DNA of 64,000 nucleotides from the human T2T-CHM13v2.0 reference genome, Homo sapiens: NCBI RefSeq assembly GCF_009914755.1, contig NC_060942.1; one strand, 5' to 3'. Position 1 is the stretch's first letter, and each line of letters begins with the position of its first letter. The notes beneath the pieces are model-generated. The model was given only the letters and a program-made list of their open reading frames with translations. It did no database searches and was not told where the DNA came from. Positions 39,141 through 51,770 of this stretch are shown here, piece by piece. The position numbers and the translations under genes are program-made.

Positions 39141-39972
39141 TTTTTTTTTTTTTTTTATACTTTAAGTTTTAGGGTACATGTGCACAACATGCAGGTTTGT
39201 TACGTATGTATACAAGTGCCATGTTGGTGTGCTGCACCCATTAACTCGTCATTTAGCATTAGGTATATCTCCTAATGCTATCCCTCCCCCCTCCACCCAC
39301 CCCAGAACAGGTCCCAGTGTGTGATGTTCCCCTTCCTGTGTCCATGTGTTCTCACTGTTCAATTCCCACCTATGAGTGAGAACATGCAGTGTTTGATTTT
39401 TTGTCCTTGAGATAGTTTGCTGAGAATGACGCTTCTCAAAAGAAGACATTTATGCAGCCAAAAAACACATGAAAAAATGCTCATCATCACTGGCCATCAG
39501 AGAAATGCAAATCAAAACCACAATGAGATACCATCTCACACCAGTTAGAATGGCGATCACTAAAAAGTCAGGAAACAACAGGTGCTGGAGAGGATGTGGA
39601 GAAATAGGAACACTTTTACACTGCTGGTGGGACTGCAAACTAGTTCAACCATTGTGGAAGTCAGTGTGGCGATTCCTCAGGGATCTGGAACTAGAAATAC
39701 CATTTGACCCAACCATCCCATTACTGGGTATACACCCAAAGGATTATAAATCATGCTGCTATAAAGACACATGCACATGTATGTTTATTGCGGCACTGTG
39801 CACAATAGCAAAGACTTGGAACCAACCCAAATGTCCAACAATGATAGACTGGATTAAGAAAATGTGGCACATATACACCATGGAATACTATGCAGCCATA
39901 AAAATGATGAGTTTGTGTCCTTTGTAGGGACATGGATGAAACTGGAAACCTTAATTCTCAGCAAACTATCAC
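39141..39972 (-). mobile_element. L1PA3-like 5'-truncated L1 with inversion (minus 39141-39430, plus 39431-39972)
   Basis: Young 3' UTR (minus strand 'atacctaatgctaaatgacgag'), ORF2 C-terminus 39469-39927 ([18 protein letters not shown]), TSD GAGATGATTCTTTTTT. Confidence 0.93.
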
Positions 39973-39997
39973 GAGATGATTCTTTTTTAGGTTGACT

Positions 39998-40377
39998 TGT
40001 ATTTTGTTTTGCTAGGGTTGCCATGACAAGTGCTGTAACACTCTATTAACAGAGATTTATCTTCTCACAGTGTTAGAGCCTAGGAGTGCAAGAAGAATGT
40101 GTCATCAAGGTTGTTTCTTCTGAGACCTCCCTCCTTTGCTGGTAGATGGCCATCTTCTCTTACTTACATCAATGGTCTTCCCTCCATGTGTGTCCATATC
40201 ATAATTTCTTTTTATGAGGACATCAGACATATTGGATTAGGACCCACCTTAATTACCTCATTTTATTTTGATTACTTATTTTAAAGACCCTATCTCCAAA
40301 CAAAGTTATATTTGGAAGTACTGGGGGATAGGGCTTCAACATATGAATTTCAGTGAGACATGATTTAGCCTATAACA
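39998..40377 (-). mobile_element. MaLR solo LTR (MLT1A0-like)
   Basis: 'gctagggttgccatgacaa...attggattaggacccacc...aaagaccctatctccaaa...ataaca'. Confidence 0.8.
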
Positions 40378-42703
40378 ACCTGTAATCAGTATTTTACTTA
40401 CCCCATACTTGCTAATCAGGGAGCCACATGGAAAAACATGAATGAGCCACAGCTTCCTCGTTTTCAAAGTAACTTTCTGGCAGTATATGTAGGGAGGCGG
40501 GGGTGTCTTGTGTCCATTCCCAAGTTCTCCACTTGGACATTTTTTTCTTTGGGGCTCTTTCTCCTGCCAATTCCCCACCCCTCTTTACTTCACTGCTCAT
40601 CCCTACATAGAACTCCAAGGAGGTGCAACAGAGGTGCTAACCTGGGTTCAACCCCACTTTGGTCTGTTCCCCATGAAACTACCATACAAGGCCATATAAA
40701 TGTATTACCTCTTGTGGGATAGGTGAACATAACCCCAAAGCATCACCATGTAGGAGGTGAGAATGTAAAGTGGTCCACTCTGGATGATATTCCAAGAATT
40801 CAGAAGAGTGAAAGCTGAGGGCAGGACAAACTATGCCAGATAGTTGTAATTCTATAACTGCAATGACATAGTGCAAAATGGTAGAAGCCAGCACCTAGAA
40901 TTCTATCATCCAGAAGGCTGCGGCTGCTGCTGGGGTCAACAGCCTGAGGGGCAGAAAGAAGTGTGATTCAGCAGGTAAAAAACCACCTAAATAATAAGGC
41001 AAAAATATCTCACTGAGGCTCAGTGTGTGGACAGTGTTGCACGGCAGGTGAACAATAGAAAGCATTTAAGGTAAAAGCCTTTCTAATCTTCATCCCTGGC
41101 AAGGATGAGAACAGAGATGCTCACATTGTCAGGCAGTTTTTCAGAGACAGGCAGGAAATGTCTCTCTGGACAGACATTTGTTGGATTGCTAACAATGGAT
41201 TGTTAGCAGGCAGCAGGCAGTAACATCAGACAGCAGATAGCTGGCTTACAGTCACCCTAAATCCTGGAAGGCTGGGGCATACAGCAGATAAAAAGATCAG
41301 GGAGCAAGCCAGAAACCCAGTCACCAGTGCTTAATGCTGAGACGCAAAGAGAGAGTGGATAATTAACATGGGTAATTTGATGGCATCTTTCAGAACCACT
41401 GCCTGAGGTCCTGTTGCCTAAGCCTAGGCTTGTCTTTAGTCCTGGGATAAAGCTGGACCAGTGTATGGGCTTCCTAAGTGAATGAAGGAGAACTACAGAA
41501 GTAGGGAGCCAGACACAACAGGATAGTAGACCCTAAAAGAGGAGTAAAGAGAAGTTCAAGGCAATGACAATTCATATTAATATCTTGATACCCAGTAGGT
41601 TATCTGTTCAGAAGATGTGAAATGGCCAATACTGAAACAAGTTAAGGTTGCATTACATTGTGGGAAAATCGAGCATCAACTCAGGTGCCTGGGTTTGAGT
41701 TTTGGAGTCCAGGAAAAAAGTAGGAGTAAGATTGTCATCCCCTTTTCTAAGGGCATTGTGATAATGTGCCTAGTTTGCTTTGTGCATATTTTGGAATTGA
41801 AATCTAATCATGTACAAGCTTAATGGTGTGTTTCTTAAGCATTACAGAAGGAAGAAGATAAAAAAAACATTTGATGATTAAATTTGTACAAAAAAGAACA
41901 ACCACAAAAGCACTGCAGGCTGTAGCTCTCCGCACCTGTTAGCAATTCAAAAAGAGCATCGAGGGGGGCAGAGAGGGAAATATCACACTGGAATCACAGC
42001 TTAATAAAAGTTAGACAGCTTGAACACTGCAAAAATCATTTAAACCCACCAGCCATGGGGGTTTAAAGCATACCCTATAAATGCCAAAACATTGTTACAC
42101 CATCCACTTACACCAAACCGACTCATCACCTCCTTTTTTCCTGCTGACAATGTATCCTCTGCCTAATGAGTCATTTCTGGCATCACTTTGTTCAGCTGAA
42201 CTAAAGCAAGCATTCTGAATTATTAATATTTCTATATATTTCTTTTCTAAACTACATACTCAAATACACTTGTGGAACAATTTTACTTTAATGCCAGAAA
42301 TGGCCATTGAATGTTTCATACTTAATTATAATTTAAATGTCGCACAGATGGGATGGTGGGTTACTTATGAAAAATGCTTCACTGCAGACCAGACAGAATT
42401 AATTAATATATTTATGATGCCTTAAAAAAAAGAGAGATGCCTTGGTGCTCTAGGAAAAGACGTAATTATCTCTGTTTTTTCCTAAAGGGCAGCAGTGTTG
42501 GTGTGAGGTTAGTTTATGTTGCCCTTCAGAAAGAAATATAGCACCAATTCTGCTATTTATTTTTTCCTTCTTTGTTCTTTGAAGGCCACACTAAAAACTC
42601 ACAAATGTTAAATTTGAGAGTGGAAATAATTGTGGATTTCTAGAATCATGTGTCGTTGAGGTGAGGTATTTTAGGAAGTTCCATATTGATGGGTTTTAAC
42701 TAC

Positions 42704-43176
42704 TGTATTAGTCAGCATGGAAGCTAAGTCCCTCAACAGACCATCTGCAAGCTGGAGATCCTGAAATGCCAGTGTAGCTCAGTCCAGGTCCAAATGCCTC
42801 GGAACCAGGGAAGTCAATGATGTAATTTTCAGTCTGAGGTTAAAGGCCTGGGAACCCAGGAAGGCCACTGGTATGTAAGTCCTGGAGTCCCTAAGCCAGG
42901 GAGCCTGGGGTCCTAATGTCCAAGATCAGAAGAAGAGTGTGTCCTATCTCCAGGAGGAGAGGAAACCTTTTCCTCTGCCTTTTTGTTCTGTGCAGATCCC
43001 CAGCCAATTGTTTGATGCTCATCCACATGGAGAGCAAATCTTCACCTCAGTCCATGTGGACCCAGATGCCAACCTGCTCTGGAAACACCGTCTCAGGCAC
43101 ACCCAAAATAATGCTTTACCATTTCTCTAGCTAGTCCTTAATCCAGTTAAATTGACACTTGAAATTAACCATCACG
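42704..43176 (-). mobile_element. ERVL solo LTR (MLT2B-like)
   Basis: 'tgtattagtcag...ccatctgcaagctggaga...aatccagttaaattgacacttgaaattaaccatcac'. Confidence 0.8.
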
Positions 43177-43355
43177 TGTACTTATTCCTAGCTATGTGCG
43201 TCCGGGCAAGTTACTCATCCTCGATATCCCAACATTCACTTTGTAAAATTTTAGGAGACCATAATACTTATCTAAAGGATGTTGCCAGCATTATAGCAGC
43301 TAACTCCTTAGAAGTGCTTAACACTCTTAAGTCAAAAGAAGTGCTCAGTAGATGT
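43177..43355 (+). mobile_element. MIR fragment
   Basis: 'ctagctatgtgcgtccgggcaagttact...tgtaaaat...ataatacttatct'. Confidence 0.55.
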
Positions 43356-45155
43356 TTGACACTTTCAAAAGTATTAACACAATTTTACTGCTATTGTGTA
43401 TATTTGGAAAATGATAAGAAAATTCTGCAATAGAGAAGCAAGAGTCCCTGAAGATTAAGATCCTCTGCAGTTTAGATCTTACCTCTTCAAACTATTACTC
43501 TTCCTCAGTTAGATTCTGCATTTAGGCAAAGCCAGTTCATTATTCTCTGAATCTGACGTGCAGATTGTCACATCCACTGTTCTTCTACTCTGTTCCCTCT
43601 GCCAGTCTAGGTTACCCTTTCCTTCAACCCCTCAAGCAACCTAATCCACTCTTGTCTATCATTTTCTGGGGTGTAAAAGTTGTGACTGTCACTCCTTTGG
43701 AACTTTTAGATAGAAACAGAAAAACAAATTATTAAAAATTTTTAAAAGGCAACAAGCTGTCTACCAAGTTAGACTGCAAGCTTCATGCAGGCAATTTTCT
43801 TGTATCTCTTGGTACAGGTGACACCAAACATGATAAACCACACTCTCAATGCCGATGATGATGATGCCTCTGCTCCTCTTGGTCTTTTCCTATAATGACT
43901 TTACTTCATTTCCTTCATTTTTGCCATTTTTTTTTGATTTGGAAGTACCAATATCTCACATTTGAAAACTGTTACTTGACTAGCAATGGAATCAAATATT
44001 ACACTAATTCAATGTCTGAGGACATTCAGCATGGAAACATTGAAAACAAATATTAATGCTGTCTTATCTTGCTTCTAAGAGAGATTTTTATTGACTAAAT
44101 AGCAAATTTTATATTTCAAAAAGTTAATCTCAAAATATAAAATATTGCAAAAACAGATTTTGAACTTGAAGTATCTGTTTAAGATGACTCACTTTTTTTT
44201 TTTCTAGTAGGGAAATTTTTCCTGGTGTTACCATACCAAAATCTTTCAGGAAGTAGGCAAGTTTGAACCATTGTTTCTATCAGCTGATTGAGTAGTCAAT
44301 AACCAGAGTGCCTACATGAATAGATAAACACAAAATAGCCCTGGAGCAGCAACCAACAGCCTTGAATTCTAGATGTTCCTGGGAAGGTCAAAAGTATAAG
44401 ATTCAGCATACAGACTTACTCTCAGCTGACTTCATATATCTGGTAGTTGCTGGGGGTGGAGAAGTCGATTCTGAAAAGTCTCCAGAAGCTTTTATTGGTA
44501 GGATCAGCCCTCCACATACACGACATAATAGTATCTTGGTGGATCTTCGCAGCGCTAGATTAGCTCAAGTCTGTAACACGGAGGCCTATCCCCGAGTCTA
44601 CAGAAGGATTCTAGATTTCTAAATACAATGGTGTCCCTGGTTGCTTCTGGGTTGTTCAGTATAACCAAAGCTGGAGTGAACAACCATGGACTTTTATCTA
44701 GCTTGGATTTCAGTATGGTTGGTATTATGATAGCTTCCTCAAGGGAGCTAAGGGCATCATGTTCTTTTCTAAAGGAACACGTTTGAAAAACTAATAAGAC
44801 CCCACAATTCTTGTACATGCAAACTAAGGTAAATGTATCAAGTAATATAAAAAGCAGAAATAGTCAAAATCAAATAGAAAAATGATTTAAAGAAGGGGAA
44901 GTGAATTTTAAGTCCTGATCCATAAGGTGATTTGGGTCAGGGCACTCTTAAAAGTGCCCTGTTGATTTTAAACATTAAGCTAAATGTTGCTTTATAGGAA
45001 CTAGGGATTTCAAGCACTTCCATAAAGTTTTAGCTCATTAATTTTTATTCCCCTTGGGAACTAGCTTTTGGCTGATTTATCTAAGTCAGAACTTTTTGAG
45101 TATGAAATTCTTTTCACATTCATCTCATTACGTTTTTTCAAGTTCATCTTAAGCC

Positions 45156-45224
45156 ATATATATACGTATATATATATACACATATATATATATATATATA
45201 TACACATATATATATATATATATA
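45156..45224. repeat. Interrupted (TA)n microsatellite
   Basis: tatata run with cg and caca interruptions. Confidence 0.92.
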
Positions 45225-46368
45225 TTTTTTGCCATTTTGTGTAAATGTGTATGGCCCTTGGAAGTCCTTACCAGGAAAGAGAAAATTTGAGACGTTAAGG
45301 AGCTTAAAATTTAGTACTCAGGATTTTCATAGAAAAAGTTATCACCACAGACTGTATTCATTTGATGACCACACGTAACAGATTTTCCAGTTCCAATTTG
45401 AAGACCATATCCTACATCTTAAAATTTTCCTCCTTCATTTGCCTCCTTCTCTTTTATTGCTATGCTGTTAAGGCATGATTAAGACACTATTAAAAAAATT
45501 TTAGTGGTTAACACTGATAATGTTTTCTCCCTTTCAGAAGATTTTTGCTAAATCATAGAACACAATGGATTTTTAGTAAATGCTCATTCAAATGGCAGAA
45601 CATTTTGGTTGCCATATGTAGGCTTGATTGAAAGTGAAATTTGTCATGGTTACAAAATTCATCTTTTCTTTGACTTCCTGAAGCCTACATTTCCAGATCG
45701 GCCACTACTTGCTTTGAGGAAAAAAAATCTAATATTATACCCTTGATAAAAAGAAAGTAAATAATCTGTCATAAAGCATCAGTAATTAAAACTGAAAAGT
45801 CCTTAAAAATTCTAGATCAATTGCATCATGTGAATTTGTTTTCTCATTTATAAATGGCTTATCAATAAGTGGAATAAAACTAAAAATGAATGAATTACTC
45901 CTTAGGAATAAGTATTACTCTGTCCTTTGTCTTAATAATCAAAACAGAATGTGTAGTTTAAAAATGTGAGTTCAAATGTGTTGATACCAAATGTTGAAAA
46001 AATATAAAAATAGTATTTTATAGCTCATTTATTATTTGTGATAGCTACATCAGAAAAAACACTATACAAACATTGGATATGGTTTCCACCAGAGTACATA
46101 ATTTTTGTGTTTTTTAAAATTATAACTAAGAATTTTTTAAAGAAACTGTAATATGGTTAAACTGTTAAGAAGGATTATAAAAATTAGTATAAAATATAAA
46201 CTCTGTTCTTGCTTGACTTCTTAGAATCTCATTGAATAAAAGGAGACCCACACAGATGTAGTGAGTCAGTACTCTCAAAACTCACTTCAAACATATTTGT
46301 CTGTGTAGCGTTAATATCAATGTTTCTGTATAGAATCTCAATTCCCTTATTTATCACGTTCGGCTATC

Positions 46369-46679
46369 CTTTTTTTCTCCCCCCCCTGCCCAAAAAAGAT
46401 GAGGTCTTGCTCTTTTGCCCAGGCTGGAGTGCAGTGGTGTGATCACAGCTCACTGCAGTCTTGAACTCTTGAGCTCAAGTGATCCTCCCACGTCAGCCTC
46501 CTGAGCAGTTAGGACTACAGGCATGTGCCACCATGCCCAGCTAATCTTTTAAAAACATGTTTAGAGATGGGGCTTCACTATGTTGCCCAAGTTGGTCTCA
46601 AACTCCTGGCCTCAAGTGATTCTCCTACTTCAGTCTCCCAAGTACTTGGGATTATAGGTGTGAGCCACTGTGCATGGTT
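46369..46679 (-). mobile_element. AluJ
   Basis: Diverged dimeric Alu with decayed tail. Confidence 0.88.
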
Positions 46680-47824
46680 GCAGCATCTTTTTATAGCACC
46701 TCCTCTCATTATTTTATCTGTACCTCTCATATAACTTTTTCTTTCTACTCCCTGAGATTTATCAGCCTGAAATTCCTTTGGTAAGTTAGGGCTTCTCTTA
46801 TAATACTCTTATTGGAAACTGCATATTACTTTCTCTCAAAGCACTTTCTTCCTTCCTTTTTCTTCCTTTCCTTTCCCTTTCCCTTCATTCCCCCTTTTAT
46901 TTCTTCCCTTCCTTCCTCCCTCCATTTCTTTCCCCATTTCTCCCTCCTTGTATTATATCCCAGGCATTATTCTAAGCACTTCACGTATATTGACTCTTGT
47001 AATCTTGTTAATAACCTGTAAGGTAAGCATGTAATTTTTTCCATTTTATAAATGAGAAAATGGAGGCATTTTGTTGTCCAGGCCCCAGGCCTGGTTAGTT
47101 CTGTGATGCGGTGATGTCATCAAGGCCCAGGTCCTCTCCATCTCAGGCTTCTGCCATTCTCCTTGATGAAGGCCTATTTGACATTCAGTCTTTAACTCTA
47201 CTTTTGTCTTTGAATCTGATCATCTTCCTTTTATCCAAAACAATCACATGAAAGCAAGGCTCTGTTTTCAAAAGTTTCTAAGACATTATGTAACAAAATA
47301 TTTAAACAAAAATGTAACAACATAATGCAGGACAAAATTACCTAAGTGTCACAATGAATGTATCAAGCAAAAATAAGCATTCTCTATGACTTCAGTGGAA
47401 GTGGTCAGTATGTTGATAAAGGAAGAAAAGCTAAGTTCAATCAGTGTGTATCAGGGATATGTGTGGATAGTTGACCCCTCTGCTCCCATCCTGGAGAAGA
47501 ATTTAAATAAAAGATCAGTTCAGCCAGAATCTTGTTCAAGTACAGCCCTCTGTCACACTTGGCCATAACTCTTTGTGTGTGTGCATATGTGTGTGTGCAT
47601 GTGGTGTCATACTCCTTGCTTTTTCCCATTCATTTTCTGCAATCACACTGGCTATCACTGATGCCTGAGAAGATCCTTCTTGCCTTTTTTCTGTGCTCAG
47701 TAACAGCTGTAGGTGGTCTCAGCATGCTTCTGTGGGGTTCTGAAGTCTATCCCTGGCAGCTGGGGCTCCAGCTTTCTTGCTTGATATGTAGGCAGACCAT
47801 CTATGAGTGGATGGCTCCTGCTTA

Positions 47825-48251
<427 letters not shown>

Positions 48252-49069
48252 CTAGACTTTACTGCCACTGTCCTTAGCCGAGCTAGCTAGTCATCTGTTA
48301 TCTGGGGTGAGGGAGATGTTTGCATTTCAATTTCATCTCCTGGTGTTTTGGAAGGGTACAGTTCCTAAGAAGAGCTCTTCACAGAACTACTTGTTGGCAT
48401 AATTAGGACAACATTAACTCAGTCAGAAAGGTAACATTTATGGAAAATTATGGGAAAATGATTTAGCTGTACTATTGAGTTTTCAATAAATATTCAGTAT
48501 TTTCAACCTCTTAGTCTGTATTGGTTCTTTGTCTCTGTATATAATCTTCCTTAAAACTTACCCATTTTGAAGAAATTATCTCTTATTACTATGTGCTTCA
48601 TTCTATTCAGTGCAGCTTGTTAGCCGAAGAATCTGTATTCTGTTTCTCTACTCCATCTCCCATTCTACTTCTATGTTCCCAGATGAGCCTCAATCAATCT
48701 GATGTTGGCTTCAACATTTTACTGAAAATTGGCTCTTCCTCTCATGTTTCATATTTCTAAAAAGTCATTTCATCAAAATCTCAGTCTTCTTTGTAATTCT
48801 ATTCTCCAATAAATACATTAAATTTCTAGTTATAAAATTTTCTGAACGCCTGTTTTTTCTTTGCTGAAATGATTGACATCTAATTCCTTAAAACTCACTC
48901 CTCCTTGGGCTTGAATCATATTGTCACTCTTTCTAGTTTTACCATTACTTCTATAGTCATCACTTCTTGGCCTGTTCTTTGTTCACTAGCCCTTTAAACA
49001 CTGCTATTAACAAAGCATCTAACTTTAGCTTTTTTCCTCCTATTTTTACATTTTCCTTTCTTTATTCAT

Positions 49070-49660
49070 TCATCCAATATCTATCCAGCTTTTATTATAG
49101 AAAAGTTCTAATCTAGGTATTTATAATTCTTCAATGAACGAATTAAAAGTTTCCTGTCTTCACATAGTTTTAGGTCTAAGTGGAAACAGACAAAAAATAT
49201 TATAATTTGGTAAACTATGTGATTTGCTAGAAGGCATTGTGAAAAAAAATTTTGAAAAGATCAGGGGAATATGGAATGTTGGGCTGGTGCACTGAGTTTG
49301 CCTTTTTAAAAAGAATTCTCAAGGTAGGTTTCAAAGAGGAGACATCTGAGCAAAAACTTGAAGGAGATGAAATAGTTAGCTATGTGCATATCTAGGGTAT
49401 AGCTTTCCAAATAGATGTAAGAGGCAATGCAATGTCCCTAAGGTAGGGCTGCTTGGCATGTTTGATACAGCCATATAGACCTCCTTGATGTTCCTTGGAG
49501 TAAGAGAGAAGTTTTAGATAGAAAATCTAGGCATTCAAAATAGACTTGTAAGTCTGGGATTTCTTTTAGAAAGCCAAATAGAGATGTTCAGAAAATAGTT
49601 GAGTAAGTAGGTCTGCTATTGAAGAAAGCTATATAAATTGAAGACATAAATTTAGAAGTC
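49070..49660 (-). mobile_element. L2 fragment
   Basis: 'gacatctgagcaaaaacttgaaggagatga...agctatgtgcatatctaggg'. Confidence 0.6.
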
Positions 49661-49665
49661 TTTAG

Positions 49666-50484
49666 CATAGCCATTGTATGAGTCATAGAATGCAATGCAT
49701 TCCATACTATTTGTGGTAATGTGGGTGTAAGCAAACCCACTGTATTACCAGTCATATAAAATATAGCACATGCAATTATGTACAGTACATAGTAAATGAT
49801 AATGGTAATCAACAATTATTTATGTATTTACTCTATTTTAATCCTTTAGCGTGCACTCCTTCTACTTATTAAAAAAAAAGTTAACTGTAAAACAGCCTCA
49901 GGCAGGTGCTTCAGAAGGTATCTAGAAGAAGGCATTGTTACCATAGGAGATGCCGCTCCATGTGTGTTATTGTCTCAAAGAGTTGAATAAGATGTGAAGA
50001 TGGAAGACAGTCATATTGATGATCCTGACCCTCTGTAGGTCTAGGTCAATGTCTTAGTTTTGGTTAAAAAAACTAAGGCCTATGTTTGTGTCTTAGTTTT
50101 GAAACAAAATGTTTGAAAAGTAAAAAAAAAAAAAATAGTAAAATGCATATAAAATAAGAATGTAAAGAAAATATTTTTGTATAATTGGACAATGTATTTG
50201 TGTATTAAGCTGTGTCATTACAAAAGATTCACAAAGATAAAAATATAAAAGGCTTATAAAGTAAAAAGTTATAGCAAGCTAAGGTTAATTTTATTATTGA
50301 AGACAGAAAACATTTTACATAAATTTAGTGTATCCTAATTGCACAAGTTTTATAAAGTCTATAGTTGTATACAGTAATGTCCTAGGCCTTGACACTCACT
50401 TACCACTCATTGACTCACCCAGAGCAACTTCCAGTCCTGCAAGCTCTGCTCATGGTAAGTGCCCCAGAGAACTGTACCATTTTT
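49666..50484 (+). mobile_element. Tigger3b (Golem) internal fragment, both termini missing
   Basis: 'gttaactgtaaaacagcctcaggcagg', 'gatgatcctgaccct', 'tgactcacccagagcaacttccagtcctgcaagctc'. Confidence 0.85.
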
Positions 50485-50615
50485 GTATTGTATTTTTAGT
50501 AGAGACAGGGTTTCACCAAGTTGGCCAGCATGGTCTCGATCTCTTGACCTTGTGATCCGCCCACCTCGGCCTCACAAAGTGCTGGGATTACAGGCGTGAG
50601 CCACCGTGCCCGGCC
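50485..50615 (-). mobile_element. Alu left arm only (AluSc-like)
   Basis: 'ggtctcgatctcttgacc' diagnostic; element stops at the middle A-rich linker. Confidence 0.85.
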
Positions 50616-50616
50616 C

Positions 50617-51770
50617 TGGATAACTTTTAAAAGTGTTTCCTCCAGACTCATCTGGCTCATTAACCTTTCTTTTTTTCTTTTTCTTTTTGTCTTACAAGTC
50701 TCTTTGATTTTATTAAGTGACATCATTTTTTTGTTCTGTTATGAATGTGTGCTGTTCTAGCCCTTCAATAAGCCCATCATTTATTTTCACCGTGTTGTCT
50801 ATAGACACTTTTTCTGCATTGTAAACATCATCATCATCACTATTGTCACAATCACCTTGCTTCAGAGCTAGGCTACCTTACCCTAGCTGACCATCAGTCA
50901 ATGAATGAACAATAGAAACCCCATTATTGATGTTAAAAACTTCTTTAATGTCCACTTCCAGGTTGCTGACAAACTCTGATGGTATATTTTTTGCACATGT
51001 AAGGAGGATAGACATCATTTTTCTCACTTGACATACTCAATTCTTCATAGTCATCATCTTGTTCATCATGATCACTGAACATAGTCACGGGCCAAAGTTT
51101 GTGCCAGGCAAGCATACTGTGTCTTTAGTCACTGTGTTCCAAGCATTGATGTCAGCATATATAGCCTCCTTCATGCTAAACTTTTTAATAAAAAGCCTTC
51201 CACATCCACAACTCACCTCTGTTTACTGCAGCTAGCATGGTGCAGTAATGCTGAGGTTTGGGGTATGAATGATCCTGTCACCCAGGTGGTAAGCTTAGTG
51301 CCAATAGGTAGTTTTTCAGCCCTTGCCTTCTTCCCCCTCTCCCTTCCTCTGGTAGTCCCCAGTGACTATTGTTCTCATCATTTTGTCCATATGTACCCAA
51401 TGTTTAGCTCCCACTTATAAGTGAGAACACATGTATTTGGTTTTCTGTTCCTGCATTAATTCGCTTAGGACTATGGCCTCTGCTGCATCCATGTTGCTGC
51501 AAAGGACATGATTACATTCTTTTTTAATGGCTGCATAGGATTCCATGGTGTATATGTACCACGATTTCTGTATATAATCCACTGTTGATGGGCATCTAGG
51601 TTGATTCCATGTCTTTGCTGTTGTGAATAATACTATATGTCTGCATTTTGGCTGCAGCATGTAACATAAGATCAGGTGTAGAATTTTCCATTTGTGCCAT
51701 CATATTGGTGCTCAAAAGGTTTTTGGAGCATTTTGGATATAGGATTTTTACAATAAGGATTCTCTAACTG
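50617..51770 (-). mobile_element. Tigger4 (Zombi) pieces, interrupted by an L1 fragment
   Basis: Transposase-like antisense sequence 50617-51238 and terminal 'gaattttccatttgtgccatcat...ggagcattttggat...aactgta' at 51640-51772. Confidence 0.65.
51240..51635 (-). mobile_element. L1PA15/16-like 3' UTR fragment
   Basis: 'gctgaggtttggggtatgaatgatcctgtcacccagg', 'tttagctcccacttataagtgagaac'. Confidence 0.8.

Noticed and set aside
39469-39927. 152 aa ORF as a gene
   Set aside because: L1 ORF2 C-terminus within an inverted, truncated L1 with no promoter
41955-41975. CTCF-like motif atcgaggggggcag
   Set aside because: The 5' half matches the consensus poorly; not supportable without ChIP data
44938-44961. 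Hairpin CAGGGCACT-cttaaa-AGTGCCCTG
   Set aside because: A 9 bp stem is expected by chance in 64 kb and may be a DNA-transposon remnant; bacterial terminator logic does not apply
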